A stretch of 64,000 nucleotides of DNA from Clostridia bacterium (GTDB lineage: Bacteria > Bacillota > Clostridia > TANB77 > CAG-508), in NCBI GenBank assembly GCA_016290095.1, contig JAEESU010000018.1:4987-68986 (forward strand). Direction: 5' to 3'. Positions 43,555 to 54,253 of this stretch are shown here, piece after piece. Positions within the stretch are counted from its first letter, which is position 1. Each line of letters begins with the position of its first letter. A program made the position numbers and the translations under genes. Below the pieces are notes generated by a model, which was given only the letters and a program-made list of their open reading frames with translations, did no database searches and had not been told where the DNA came from.

Positions 43555-44643
43555 TTATTTTCTCTCCTTTTTTAACATAGTAAAAAATTCATCAAACAAA
43601 TACCCACTATCTTGTGGACCTGGAGCACTTTCTGGATGGTATTGTACAGAAAATACTTTATCTTTTTTGCACTCTACTCCTTCTATAGTGTTATCTAATA
43701 AATTAATATGTGTTACTTCTAGATCTGTCTTTTTTAAACTTTCATTATTAACAGCATAACTATGATTTTGACTTGTTATTTCTATTTTTCCTGTCTTTAA
43801 ATTCTTAACAGGATGATTTCCACCTCTGTGACCAAATTTCAATTTATATGTTTTAGCTCCATACGCCAAACTTATAATTTGATGTCCTAAACATATTCCA
43901 AATATTGGTTTTTTGCCTATTAAATTCTTAATAGTTGTAATTGTTTCTTTTACATCTTCAGGATCTCCCGGTCCATTTGATATAAATATTCCATCAGGCT
44001 TTAATGCTAATATATCTTCTGCTGTTGTATTATATGGTACAACTATAACATTTCCTCCTCGTTTGTTTAGACTTCTTACAATATTAAGCTTTATTCCACA
44101 ATCTATTGCTACTATATTATATTTTGCATTTGTTGTTCTTGAATACCATTTTTTCTTACAACTAACTTGTGATACTGCATCTTTTGGAATTTTATATTCT
44201 TTTAATTTTTTAAGAGCATCTTCAGTTTTTGTTTTGCTAGATGTAATTATTACTTTTCTGCTTCCTAAATCTCTTATACTTCTTGTTATTTTTCTCGTAT
44301 CTACACCATATATTCCAGGTATACCATTTTCTTCAAGCAATTCTGACAATGTATATGTATATCTAAAATTACTTGGTATGTCATTATAATCTCTTACAAT
44401 AAGTCCTCCTATAGTCGGTTTTTTAGTTTCAAAATCATCATCATTAATTCCATAATTTCCAATAATTGGATATGTCATAACAACCATTTGATATGTATAC
44501 GACGGATCTGAAACTACCTCTTGATATCCGACCATTGATGTGTTAAAAACTACTTCGCAGATTCTTTCTGTATCGGCTCCGAATCCATATCCATAGTATT
44601 CACTCCCATCTTCAAGTACAATTTTTCGATTAAAATCTTTCAT
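43555..44643 (-). CDS. carA: carbamoyl-phosphate synthase small subunit (glutamine amidotransferase)
   Basis: 362 aa with a class I GATase catalytic triad (GICLGHQ). Stop lies 1 nt before the carB start. Confidence 0.95.
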   Translation of the reverse strand: MKDFNRKIVLEDGSEYYGYGFGADTERICEVVFNTSMVGYQEVVSDPSYTYQMVVMTYPIIGNYGINDDDFETKKPTIGGLIVRDYNDIPSNFRYTYTLSELLEENGIPGIYGVDTRKITRSIRDLGSRKVIITSSKTKTEDALKKLKEYKIPKDAVSQVSCKKKWYSRTTNAKYNIVAIDCGIKLNIVRSLNKRGGNVIVVPYNTTAEDILALKPDGIFISNGPGDPEDVKETITTIKNLIGKKPIFGICLGHQIISLAYGAKTYKLKFGHRGGNHPVKNLKTGKIEITSQNHSYAVNNESLKKTDLEVTHINLLDNTIEGVECKKDKVFSVQYHPESAPGPQDSGYLFDEFFTMLKKERK

Positions 44644-44670
44644 CTGTTTTCTACCTTTCTTTAAAAACTT

Positions 44671-44703
44671 AAAAAAAAGAATTCTATTAAAAATAGAATT
44701 CTA
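44671..44703 (-). terminator. rho-independent terminator between upstream hypothetical gene and carA
   Basis: AGAATTCTATTTTTAATAGAATTCT hairpin plus an 8-T run on the minus strand. Confidence 0.65.
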
Positions 44704-44801
44704 TAAATTGTTAACCACGAATAATTCTCTATTAATATGAGAATTTTTAAAAATAATATTTAGTTTCTTTAATCTAGTTAATTTTATCATCTTACTTCCT
44801 T

Positions 44802-45323
44802 TTATACTTCTGGTTTTAAGATTAGTTCTCCTAATTCTTCTTCCTCACCATATTTATCAATAAAATAAATCATATATTTATCTTCAAGTTTTTTTACTTT
44901 AAATAATTTTGTTCCATTACTTGCTGAACCATTTTTGTTTATTACTGATGTAGCTATATCACTATTAAAAGCTCCTGGATTTATATAATATTGATCTTCA
45001 ACTAAATTATCATTAATATCTTTTAATGGTTCTAAATAACCTTGATCTAGCAAATAAGCAACTATTGTTTCCGTAGTATAAATTTCATCTATGTCTTTTT
45101 GATTTTCAGATGCATATTTATAATCTAAAACATATTTTTCTTTTATAATTAAATTTAATTTATCAACTATTTCTGTTTTATTATATTCTGTATCTACTTC
45201 TTTATATTGATCTATTACACCTTGTTTTCCGAATAACTTTTTTCCTACAAAAACGGCTACAATTATTAATAATATTATTATAAAAAGTAATGATAAAATG
45301 GAAAAGATGTCTTCTCTTTTCAT
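44802..45323 (-). CDS. membrane-anchored hypothetical protein
   Basis: 173 aa. N-terminal TM. No known domain. Confidence 0.45.
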   Translation of the reverse strand: MKREDIFSILSLLFIIILLIIVAVFVGKKLFGKQGVIDQYKEVDTEYNKTEIVDKLNLIIKEKYVLDYKYASENQKDIDEIYTTETIVAYLLDQGYLEPLKDINDNLVEDQYYINPGAFNSDIATSVINKNGSASNGTKLFKVKKLEDKYMIYFIDKYGEEEELGELILKPEV

Positions 45324-45399
45324 TTATTATTTACTCCTTTAAAACATTTCTTTTATTTTTAGAAATTATACCTTTTTTTATTAAAAATTTCAATATATT

Positions 45400-48300
45400 T
45401 TATACTATTTTTATATTTTCTTCTGTAACAATTTCTTTAAATATGGCAAGCACCTTGTCATTCAAAAGCAATCCTCCGCATGGTTTTACATCTTCATTAT
45501 CTACAATTTCTAATTTAACATTTGCTCTATCACCTGCAAAAAATTTAATTGCTCCTCTTAATTTGGATTTTACATTTTCATCTAAATTAGTTATATTAAT
45601 TTGTAGTGTTTTCACAGTATTTATTTTTTGAGAAGACTTATTTATTTCTCTTTCCATTTGCTCACTTATTTCTTTAATCTCTGTTGCTACAATCTTTGCA
45701 TTCTCGTCTTCCCTAATGCTTAGTCTTCCTTCAACCATAACAATATTTTCATTTACTAAAAATGAACTTGCTTTTGAATACACACTATCAAATACTATTA
45801 TTTCTACATTACCATAAAAATCTTCCATATTTAAGAATGCCATTGTTGTATTTTTCTTAGTAAATTTTTTATTTACTTTATTAATTATTCCAACAAATTT
45901 CACATTTTGATTGTCTTTATAAGTTCTTGATTCTCCAAATTCTTCTACTTCTTCATTTATTTTAGCAAAATCTATCGTGCTAATATTAGAGTATTTATTT
46001 ATAAAATCTTTAACCTTTTCTAGTGGATGTCCAGATATATATACTCCAAGCATTTCTTTTTCTAAACTTAATTTTTCATTTTCTGGCATTTCTTCTTTTT
46101 CTATGAATACATATTTTTGTTGTTCTATTATATCTTCATTATCTGTCATCAAATCAAACATTGAAACTTGATTTTCCATTTTAGTTTTTGATTCATTATT
46201 TATAGAATCTAGAATACCTTCAAAAGATGCTAATAATGTTGCTCTAGTTTTTCCAAAATCATCAAAGGCTCCTGCGTTTATTAAACTTTCTATACACCTT
46301 TTATTTATTGCCGCATCTTTTGTTCTTTCGCAGAATGATGTAAAACTTTCAAATAATCCATTTTTTTCACGTTCTAAAACAATATCATCTATTACAGCAA
46401 CTCCAACATTTTTTATACTTCCAAGGCCAAATCTAATTTTATTATCTTTTACTGTGAATTTTGTACTACTATAATTTATACTTGGATTTAAGATTTCTAT
46501 TCCCATATCTTTGCAGTCTTGAATATATATAGGAATTTTATCTAGATTTCCCAAAAAGCTATTTAATGTCGCAGCCATTAATTCTTCTTTATAGTATTTT
46601 TTTAAATATGCAGTCCTATAAGATATAACCGCATATGCTGCAGCATGTGATTTGTTAAATGCATATTTTGCAAATTCTGCCATTTCATCAAAAATTTTAT
46701 CTGCTGATTTTGCATCTATTCCATTTCTAACGCAACCAGGAACAACAACATTGCCATTTTCGTCTACTTGTCCATTGATAAAAACTTCACGCTCTTTTGC
46801 CATAACATCAAGTTTTTTCTTTCCCATTGCACGTCTTACTAAGTCTGCTCTTCCAAGAGAATAACCTGCTAAATCTCTAACAATTTGCATTACCTGTTCT
46901 TGATATACCATACATCCATAAGTAACATTTAAAATTGGCTCTAACGCTGGATGTGTATATTCATTATGTCCAGGATTAAATTTTCCTTTAATATACCTTG
47001 GAATCTGTTCCATCGGTCCTGGTCGATATAATGAAACTCCTGCAATAACATCCTCTAAGCTATCTGGTTTTAATTCTTTCATTACATTTGTTATTCCTGT
47101 ACTTTCAAATTGGAATATTCCAAATGTCTTTCCATCTTGCCATAATTTGTATACTTCAGGATCATCCATATTATCATCAAATTTAACATCTATTCCCCTG
47201 TTTTGTTTTACAAGTTCAATGCAATTTGCAATTACGCTTAATGTTCTAAGTCCTAAGAAATCCATTTTTAGTAAGCCAAGTTCTTCTAGTGTTGTCATTG
47301 TAAATTGTGCAACAACGTTTCCATCATTTGTACAAAGTGGAACATAAGTATCTACTGGATCTTTTGTTATTACAACACCACATGCATGTGTAGAAGCATT
47401 TCTTGGCATTCCTTCTAAGCCTTTTGCAATATCTATAATTCTTTTTGTTGTTTCATCAGAGTCGTATAATTCTTTTAACTCTCTATTTTGTTCTATTGCT
47501 TTATCTAGTGTCATGTGAATTTCGAATGGAATCATTTTAGCAATTTTATCTACATCACTATATGGAACATCTAACACTCTACCAACATCTCTTATTACAC
47601 TTTTCGCAGACATTGTTCCAAAAGTAATAATTTGAGAAACATGATCTCTTCCATATTTATTTGCTACATAATCTATAACTTCTTGTCTTCTTTCATCAGA
47701 AAAGTCAACATCAAAATCAGGCATAGAAATTCTTTCAGGATTTAAAAACCTTTCGAAAAGCAAATTATATTTTAATGGGTCTATATCAGTAATTCCAATT
47801 GCATAAGCAACTATTGAACCTGCACCTGAACCACGCCCTGGTCCTACTGGAATGCCAACTGATTTTGCATAATGAATATAATCCCAAACTATTAAATAAT
47901 AATCAACATATCCCATTTTAGAAATAACAGAAAGCTCATATTCTGTACGATTTTTTACTTCTTCAGAATAGTTTTTTCCATATCTTTCCTCTATTCCATT
48001 CCATGTTAATTCTCTAAAATATTCTTCATGTGTTTTATATTTTTTAGGAACATCATAATTTGGAAGTTTTGTTACTCCAAATTCAAAATCATAATTACAT
48101 TTTTCTGCTATTTTTACTGTATTCTCAATTGCCTCTGGCACAGCTGAAAAATAATCAGCCATCTCTTCTGGTGATTTAATGTAAAACTCATTTGACTCAA
48201 ATCTCATTCTATCTTCATCATGAATTTTTTTACCTGTTTGAATACAAAGTAAAATCTCATGATTATAACTATCCTCTTGTTTTAAATAATGTGCATCATT

Positions 48301-48909
48301 TGTTGCAACAAGAGGAATTCCTGTCATTCTTGATAATTGTATTAACTTTTGATTTGCTAAAACTTGTGCTTGTACACCATTATTTTGAATCTCTAAATAA
48401 TAATCTTCGCCAAACACTTTTTTATGCCATAGAGCTATTTCTTTAGCTTTTTCAAAATCATCTTGAAGTAAGGCTTTATTTACACTACCAGCTAAACAAG
48501 CACTTGTACAAATAAGTCCTTCACTATATTTTTCTAATATTTCTAAATCTATTCTTGGTTTATAATAATATCCTTCAGTAAAACTTAAAGATACTAATTT
48601 TATAAGGTTTTGATATCCTGTTTTATTTTTAGCAAGTAAAATAAGATGTGAATAATTGTCATCAATTCCAGATTCTTTTTCAAATCTGGAACGTGGTGCA
48701 ACATATACTTCACATCCAATAATTGGTTTAATCCCTTCAGCAATACATTCTTTATAGAAATTTACAGCTCCATACATAACTCCATGATCAGTAAGAGCAA
48801 TTGCTTTCATTCCAAGCTCTTTTGCTCTTTTAGGTAGTTCTTTTATTCTACACATTCCATCTAGCAAGCTATATTCACTGTGCACATGTAAATGAACGAA
48901 TTCAGCCAT
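45400..48909 (-). CDS. dnaE: DNA polymerase III alpha subunit (DnaE type)
   Basis: 1169 aa. PHP domain N-terminus MAEFVHLHVHSEYSLLDGM. Polymerase core plus C-terminal OB fold. Confidence 0.95.
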   Translation of the reverse strand: MAEFVHLHVHSEYSLLDGMCRIKELPKRAKELGMKAIALTDHGVMYGAVNFYKECIAEGIKPIIGCEVYVAPRSRFEKESGIDDNYSHLILLAKNKTGYQNLIKLVSLSFTEGYYYKPRIDLEILEKYSEGLICTSACLAGSVNKALLQDDFEKAKEIALWHKKVFGEDYYLEIQNNGVQAQVLANQKLIQLSRMTGIPLVATNDAHYLKQEDSYNHEILLCIQTGKKIHDEDRMRFESNEFYIKSPEEMADYFSAVPEAIENTVKIAEKCNYDFEFGVTKLPNYDVPKKYKTHEEYFRELTWNGIEERYGKNYSEEVKNRTEYELSVISKMGYVDYYLIVWDYIHYAKSVGIPVGPGRGSGAGSIVAYAIGITDIDPLKYNLLFERFLNPERISMPDFDVDFSDERRQEVIDYVANKYGRDHVSQIITFGTMSAKSVIRDVGRVLDVPYSDVDKIAKMIPFEIHMTLDKAIEQNRELKELYDSDETTKRIIDIAKGLEGMPRNASTHACGVVITKDPVDTYVPLCTNDGNVVAQFTMTTLEELGLLKMDFLGLRTLSVIANCIELVKQNRGIDVKFDDNMDDPEVYKLWQDGKTFGIFQFESTGITNVMKELKPDSLEDVIAGVSLYRPGPMEQIPRYIKGKFNPGHNEYTHPALEPILNVTYGCMVYQEQVMQIVRDLAGYSLGRADLVRRAMGKKKLDVMAKEREVFINGQVDENGNVVVPGCVRNGIDAKSADKIFDEMAEFAKYAFNKSHAAAYAVISYRTAYLKKYYKEELMAATLNSFLGNLDKIPIYIQDCKDMGIEILNPSINYSSTKFTVKDNKIRFGLGSIKNVGVAVIDDIVLEREKNGLFESFTSFCERTKDAAINKRCIESLINAGAFDDFGKTRATLLASFEGILDSINNESKTKMENQVSMFDLMTDNEDIIEQQKYVFIEKEEMPENEKLSLEKEMLGVYISGHPLEKVKDFINKYSNISTIDFAKINEEVEEFGESRTYKDNQNVKFVGIINKVNKKFTKKNTTMAFLNMEDFYGNVEIIVFDSVYSKASSFLVNENIVMVEGRLSIREDENAKIVATEIKEISEQMEREINKSSQKINTVKTLQINITNLDENVKSKLRGAIKFFAGDRANVKLEIVDNEDVKPCGGLLLNDKVLAIFKEIVTEENIKIV

Positions 48910-49016
48910 TTTCTTGCCCCCTTCTTAATGCAAGTTATATCATAATTTTATGCATTTATCAACTATCTATATAAAAGCAAGAAAAGAATAATTCTAAGAA
49001 TTATTCTTTTCAAAAT

Positions 49017-49253
49017 TTAAAGCAATTTAATAGATTCTGATATATTTTTTCCTTGTGTTTTTGGAATATTTATTATTTCGAATTTAGAAACTTTATCTCC
49101 GAATTTTATTTCAACAACATCACCAATCTTAACTTCATAACTTGGTTTAACTACTTTCCCATTAACAATTATTCTTCCATTATCTGCTGCATCATTTGCT
49201 ACTGTTCTTCTTTTGATTACTCTGCTCATTTTTAAAAATTTATCTAATCTCAT
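49017..49253 (-). CDS. S4-domain RNA-binding protein
   Basis: MRLDKFLKMSRVIKRRTVANDAADNGRIIVNGKVVKPSYEV matches the S4 fold. The start is taken at the second ATG because the RBS overlaps the first. Confidence 0.75.
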   Translation of the reverse strand: MRLDKFLKMSRVIKRRTVANDAADNGRIIVNGKVVKPSYEVKIGDVVEIKFGDKVSKFEIINIPKTQGKNISESIKLL

Positions 49254-49303
49254 GTGTTTTCCTTTCAAAATTTAATTTGTTTGATTATATCATGAGATTT
49301 TTG

Positions 49304-49687
49304 TTATTTCAATATTTGTCTATTTCTTCTACACCTGGAACCATTAAATAAATCAACATTTGTAGTTAAAGTGTTTTCTTCTGTCTGAGTTGTATTTAAT
49401 ACATTATTTAGATTAGAATAAACATCTGTATATCCTGCTTCAACATTATTACACATATGATTATGTGTAATAATGTGAACAATTAATGCAGTTAAAAAAG
49501 AGATTATTATATATATTAGTGCCGCAAGTACTAATTCTGCTGTTCCTCCAAGTGCAAATGCAACAACAATAAATATTGAGAAAAAAATTCCAGAAACTTT
49601 AATAGGACTATTAATAAAGGTCTCAAATATAGCAGATAGTATAATTGTCGCCAAAGGAATTGCCAAAAAAACTAGTAGAGTATTCAT
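49304..49687 (-). CDS. small membrane protein (3 TM)
   Basis: 127 aa hydrophobic ORF. Unknown function. Confidence 0.4.
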   Translation of the reverse strand: MNTLLVFLAIPLATIILSAIFETFINSPIKVSGIFFSIFIVVAFALGGTAELVLAALIYIIISFLTALIVHIITHNHMCNNVEAGYTDVYSNLNNVLNTTQTEENTLTTNVDLFNGSRCRRNRQILK

Positions 49688-49749
49688 ATTATTAAACCCT
49701 CCTTAATGTTGGTTTAATAGTATTATATTCTACTAGTGTTAAATTAGTT

Positions 49750-50484
49750 CTAATAATTAACTTCTACTAGACAAAGTCCATGTGCTGGTAATGTTTTTCC
49801 TGCTCTTTTTCTATCTTTACTTTCAATAATTTCTGTAATTTCTTCTGGTTTAATTTTACCAATTCCTACATCTAATAATGTTCCTGAAATTATTCTTACC
49901 ATATTGTATAAGAATCCACTTCCTGTTAATTCAATATAAACTCTATCATTTTTTTTAATAACTTCTGCTTTGTAAATTGTTCTAACACTATTCTTGCTGC
50001 TTGTACCACTTGCTTTAAAGCCTTTAAAATCATGTTCTCCTTCAAAGTATTTTGCAGCCTCTTGCATTTTTTTTATATCCAATTTTTGTGGAAAATGATA
50101 TTCCATCTCTCTAAAAATAGCGCTACCATATTCTGAATTATTTATTGTATAACGATACTTCTTTGATTTTACTGAATATCTACTGTGAAATCTCTCATCA
50201 ACTTCTTCAGCACTTTTTACTATAATACTCTTCTTTAATTTAGAATTTATTGCTATTGGAAATTTTTCTACTGGAAGATTGCTATTTGTTTTAAAATTTG
50301 CAGTTTGACCCAAACTGTGTACTCCAGCATCTGTTCTACCAGATGCAATAAGCTCTATTTCTTCACCTGTAATTTCTGAGATTGCTCTTTCAATCTCACC
50401 TTGAATATTTAATTTATTCGGTTGTTTTTGCCATCCATTAAAATCTCTTCCATCATATTCAATTATTAATTTTATATTTCTCAT
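49750..50484 (-). CDS. truA: tRNA pseudouridine(38-40) synthase
   Basis: 244 aa containing IEYDGRDFNGWQKQ and RTDAGVHSLGQTANF (catalytic Asp). Confidence 0.95.
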   Translation of the reverse strand: MRNIKLIIEYDGRDFNGWQKQPNKLNIQGEIERAISEITGEEIELIASGRTDAGVHSLGQTANFKTNSNLPVEKFPIAINSKLKKSIIVKSAEEVDERFHSRYSVKSKKYRYTINNSEYGSAIFREMEYHFPQKLDIKKMQEAAKYFEGEHDFKGFKASGTSSKNSVRTIYKAEVIKKNDRVYIELTGSGFLYNMVRIISGTLLDVGIGKIKPEEITEIIESKDRKRAGKTLPAHGLCLVEVNY

Positions 50485-50599
50485 TTTTCTTTCTCCAACT
50501 ATGCTTCAATTTTAGCATTTTTTTTGCATTTTTTCAACTCGAATTAGTTTGATTTATTTTTATTAATATGGTAGAATTCAAAATATATGGAGGTATTAT

Positions 50600-52204
50600 A
50601 TGGATTTATTAAAAGAAGCAAAAAAATCAAATAAAGAAGCATATCTCGCTTTAGTAGATAAATACAATGTTATTTTTTATAAAGTTGCAAGAATTTATCA
50701 TCATTTAGACGTAGAACTTCAAACTTCAATTGAAAAAGCTTTGTTAAATACTTATCATGGTATTATTAATTGTAGAAATGAACATAGTTTTCTTTGCTTA
50801 GCAATACAAGAACTAGTTTCTGTATGTGAACAAAACAATAAAAAAATATCTAATAAAAATAATAATGATGAAGTAGCAGAAACTTTATTAAAAAACGCAA
50901 AATATAGAATGTATAAAACAGATTCTATCATTGAGAAAACTATCACAACTTTAGATAAGAATAATAGGCTTCCTGCATTACTATATTTTTATGTTGGATT
51001 AAGTGTAAAAGAAATTTCATATATTGCTAACATATCAAAATTAGATGTAAAGAAAAGTATTAATTCTTCAACCGAAAAATTATATGATCAATTAAAAGAT
51101 AACTTTTTAGGAAATAAACAAGAAGAATTAATAAAAAATGCATATAAAGAAGATCAAATTAGTGATCAGCAATTATTTGATAAAATAACTGAAAATATAA
51201 AGAATTCAAAAGTAAAAGTTTCTACATTTTCACACACAAAACAAGTTTTTCTATTACTATTTTTATTATTAATACTATTAGGAGTTGGCTTATTCTTTGC
51301 AAATAAGTATTTTGATCTTTCTAGATTTATTCCAAATAATAATAAGCCTCTTATTACAAACGAAATAGAAAATAAAGTAGTTACTCAAAATAGAATTTCT
51401 AATTCCACAAATTCTGTTGAAAATGCTATTACAAATAAAATTGAAAACAACACAATTGATTCAAATACAGTCAATAATATTATAAATAATACTGCAAATA
51501 CTGTTTTAAATAATGTTTCAAATAACACCATAAATAATGATGTCACAAATACTGTAGCATCTAATACTACTACAAACCGTGTTTCCAATGGTACTACATA
51601 TGCTAATCTTTCACCATCAAATAAAATAGAAGATTATTCTGTTATTGATACTGAAGAAGTAAAAGATTTCATAAAAGATTTTGCAATTGGTATTAAAAGA
51701 CTTTCATTAGATGAAGAAAACTTAGAAAGTAATACAATTTTACTTTATATAGCTAGACATTATTTTGATAAGAATTCTTCTAGTAGAAACTCATTAGATA
51801 TAAACACAGATTTAGCTCCTAACCAAGCAAATATACACAAATTCTTAACAGAATTAACAGGAAAAGATTATTCAAGAACAAGTGTTGTGAGATCTTACAA
51901 TAACTATGTTGGTTATACTTCTACAAGTAAATCATATATTTATGGAAAAGATATTAAAGAACTAGACTCAGAAAAATATACTGTATCAAGTATAGAAATT
52001 ACAAACGAATTTGATGAAAATTACACAGCTGTCGCAAAAGTATCAAGAACACTAGATGATGTAACAACAGATTATAAAGTAACTTTTACATTTTCTGTAA
52101 ATAAAAATTATAAATACCAAAAATATTGTTTAAAATCAATAGATTCAGTAAACTTAACGTTTTTCCCAGATAATACAGTACATCTAGTTGAAGTTACAAG
52201 ATAA
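50600..52204 (+). CDS. membrane-anchored sigma-70/ECF-like sigma factor fusion (sigma regions 2 and 4, TM helix, Asn/Thr-rich extracytoplasmic domain)
   Basis: Residues about 10-60 resemble region 2. LPALLYFYVGLSVKEISYIANISKLDVKKSINSSTEKL is a clear region-4 helix-turn-helix. A TM (VFLLLFLLLILLGVGLFF) follows at about residue 215, then an N/T-rich low-complexity stretch and a roughly 200-aa C-terminal domain. Confidence 0.6.
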   Translation: MDLLKEAKKSNKEAYLALVDKYNVIFYKVARIYHHLDVELQTSIEKALLNTYHGIINCRNEHSFLCLAIQELVSVCEQNNKKISNKNNNDEVAETLLKNAKYRMYKTDSIIEKTITTLDKNNRLPALLYFYVGLSVKEISYIANISKLDVKKSINSSTEKLYDQLKDNFLGNKQEELIKNAYKEDQISDQQLFDKITENIKNSKVKVSTFSHTKQVFLLLFLLLILLGVGLFFANKYFDLSRFIPNNNKPLITNEIENKVVTQNRISNSTNSVENAITNKIENNTIDSNTVNNIINNTANTVLNNVSNNTINNDVTNTVASNTTTNRVSNGTTYANLSPSNKIEDYSVIDTEEVKDFIKDFAIGIKRLSLDEENLESNTILLYIARHYFDKNSSSRNSLDINTDLAPNQANIHKFLTELTGKDYSRTSVVRSYNNYVGYTSTSKSYIYGKDIKELDSEKYTVSSIEITNEFDENYTAVAKVSRTLDDVTTDYKVTFTFSVNKNYKYQKYCLKSIDSVNLTFFPDNTVHLVEVTR

Positions 52205-52229
52205 AATTTTTTAAAAGGATGTTGAATTT

Positions 52230-53081
52230 ATGAGTATAAAATTAATAGCGAGCGATTTAGATGGAACAATTGTAGATAAAAACTATAATGTTTCTGAAAA
52301 AAATATTAAAGCTTTCACAAAAATACAAAAAAGAAAAATTCCATTTGTCATTTGTACAGGAAAATCATATGCAGTTTCTCAAAAGAGTTGTAAAAAGTTT
52401 CATGCTACTTATGGTATTTTTGGAAATGGTACTCAAATAATAGATTTAAAAGCTGGAAAAGAATTGTATAAACATGTAATTACAAAAGAAGACCTACTTT
52501 TTGTTTCAACTATGGCAAAAAGATATGGATTTCATATACATCTTTATACAGATGAAGAAATAGTTACAGAAAAATTAGAATTTATGGATTTAAGAAATTA
52601 TATAATAAGAAATCAAGAAAACAATGAATTTCTAAAATTCAAGTTTGTTGATAGTATAATTGATTATATCGAAAAAAACGAAACTTCTGTATTTTCTGCT
52701 ATCATTTCATCAGAGAATATTCCTTTACTAAATTTTAGAAAAATGCTAATTATCAACAAAAACATCGATTGTACTTTTATAAATAAAAGAGGAGTTTATA
52801 GAGACAAAATTATAGATAAAGATTATGAATATATTAATATAACTCCTACAAATATTAATAAGAATGAAGCATTAAATTTTTTAAGTACATTTTTAGATAT
52901 TGATAAAAAAGACATTTTGGCAATTGGTGATAATATAAATGATTATGAAATGATTAGAGATTGTGGAATTGGTGTCGCTGTAAACGAATCTATGGACAAT
53001 ATTAAAGAAGTTGCAAATTATGTTACAACATCTTCCACAAAAGATGGTGCATTTGCTGAAGCAATTGATAAATTTTTATAA
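52230..53081 (+). CDS. Cof-type HAD-IIB hydrolase (sugar phosphatase family)
   Basis: LIASDLDGTI N-terminal motif and C-terminal GDNINDYEMIRDCGIGVAV motif. Confidence 0.85.
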   Translation: MSIKLIASDLDGTIVDKNYNVSEKNIKAFTKIQKRKIPFVICTGKSYAVSQKSCKKFHATYGIFGNGTQIIDLKAGKELYKHVITKEDLLFVSTMAKRYGFHIHLYTDEEIVTEKLEFMDLRNYIIRNQENNEFLKFKFVDSIIDYIEKNETSVFSAIISSENIPLLNFRKMLIINKNIDCTFINKRGVYRDKIIDKDYEYINITPTNINKNEALNFLSTFLDIDKKDILAIGDNINDYEMIRDCGIGVAVNESMDNIKEVANYVTTSSTKDGAFAEAIDKFL

Positions 53082-53085
53082 AATA

Positions 53086-53116
53086 AAAAAGGACTTCAAA
53101 AGTCCTTTTTATTTTA
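53086..53116. terminator. bidirectional terminator between cof and cdaA
   Basis: AAAAAAGGACTTCAAAAGTCCTTTTT. Confidence 0.75.
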
Positions 53117-53992
53117 TTCTTCTTCATTTTTAACTTCTGATGCCTTTTTTAATCTGCTTGTATGTATTGGTTCATTAATTAAATTCTTTAATAATATTTT
53201 CTTTAATACATCTTCTCTAACATCTGCAATTAATGTTCCTTCTTTTGCGATAGATATTTTTCCAGTTTCTTCTGAAACTACAACTACTATTGCATCAGAT
53301 TCTTTTGAAACTCCAATTGCAGCCCTATGTCTTGTACCTAATTCTCTGGCAATATCTTTATCATCTGCCAAAGGAAGCATACATGAAGCAGCAGCTATTT
53401 TATTTTCACTAATAATTACAGCTCCATCATGAAGTGGTGTATTAGGTTCAAAAATATTAACTAATAATTGTGGAGAAATTTCTGAGTTCATTAAAATACC
53501 TGTATTAATAATATCTTTAATCTTAATTTCTCTTTCTATTACTATTAATGCACCTTTTCTCTGCTTTGATAATTCAACAGCAGCTATTGCAATTTTATAA
53601 ATATTTTCTTTTGTTTTCGCATTAATATCTTGGTCTATTCCAAGTAATTTTGTAAATCTATTTGTTGTACCCAATTGTTCTAATGCTCTTCTTAACTCTG
53701 GTTGAAAAACAATAATAAGCATTATAACTCCATATGACATTACTGATGATAAAATATAATTTAGTATTTTAAATTGTAATAATCCACTAACAAATGTAAT
53801 TATAACTAATATAAAAATTCCTTTTAGTAATTGCCAAGCTCTTGTTTTTTCTAACAATCTAAATGCTTTATATATTAGGAAAATAACAATAACTAAATCT
53901 AATATTGTTGTAATTAAACTTAGTGGATTGTTATTTATTGAGCTTAATATTGTATCTTCAAGAAAGCTTTGTAAACTTTTTTGTCCTACCAT
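53114..53992 (-). CDS. cdaA: diadenylate cyclase (c-di-AMP synthase) CdaA
   Basis: Three N-terminal TM helices plus a DisA_N/DAC domain containing TPLHDGAVII and RHRAAIG motifs. Confidence 0.9.
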   Translation of the reverse strand: MVGQKSLQSFLEDTILSSINNNPLSLITTILDLVIVIFLIYKAFRLLEKTRAWQLLKGIFILVIITFVSGLLQFKILNYILSSVMSYGVIMLIIVFQPELRRALEQLGTTNRFTKLLGIDQDINAKTKENIYKIAIAAVELSKQRKGALIVIEREIKIKDIINTGILMNSEISPQLLVNIFEPNTPLHDGAVIISENKIAAASCMLPLADDKDIARELGTRHRAAIGVSKESDAIVVVVSEETGKISIAKEGTLIADVREDVLKKILLKNLINEPIHTSRLKKASEVKNEEE

Positions 53993-54204
53993 TAAAAAAA
54001 CTCCACTTCTATTATTTATTTATTAAATACATTAATAATGTTGCACCTGTAGGTAATATCATCATAGCTAATGCTACAGCAGCTAAAATTCTAATTAGTA
54101 ATTTCTTTTTATCCATTTTTGTACCTCTTTTCATTTTTGTTCATAATAATATTTATAACATAAGAACTATATTTTTTCAATAGAAAAATTTATAAAAATC
54201 GTAT

Positions 54205-54248
54205 TAAAAAAGTCTTAAAATATTCTTTAAATAGAATATTTTAAGACT
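54205..54248 (-). terminator. long perfect hairpin terminator
   Basis: AGTCTTAAAATATTCT-ttaaat-AGAATATTTTAAGACT, located after the M23 peptidase gene. Confidence 0.75.
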
Positions 54249-54253
54249 ATATA

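Noticed and set aside
44644-44801. Hairpin AGAATTCTATTTTTAATAGAATTCT plus T-run upstream of carA considered as a PyrR/arginine attenuator.
   Set aside because: It lies immediately after the stop of the upstream 173-aa gene, so it is more simply that gene's terminator. No PyrR binding-loop consensus was recognised.
51400-51600. Apparent repetitive DNA inside the sigma-fusion gene, considered as a tandem-repeat or CRISPR-like array.
   Set aside because: It is in-frame coding low complexity (degenerate N/T-rich tripeptide-like repeats) without regular spacer/repeat periodicity. No CRISPR repeats exist anywhere in the window.
53923-54183. 86-aa plus-strand ORF between cdaA and the M23 peptidase gene.
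   Set aside because: It spans an AT-rich intergenic region and two terminators, has no RBS, and its translation is low-complexity. The short minus-strand 33-aa ORF there is mentioned as a finding instead.
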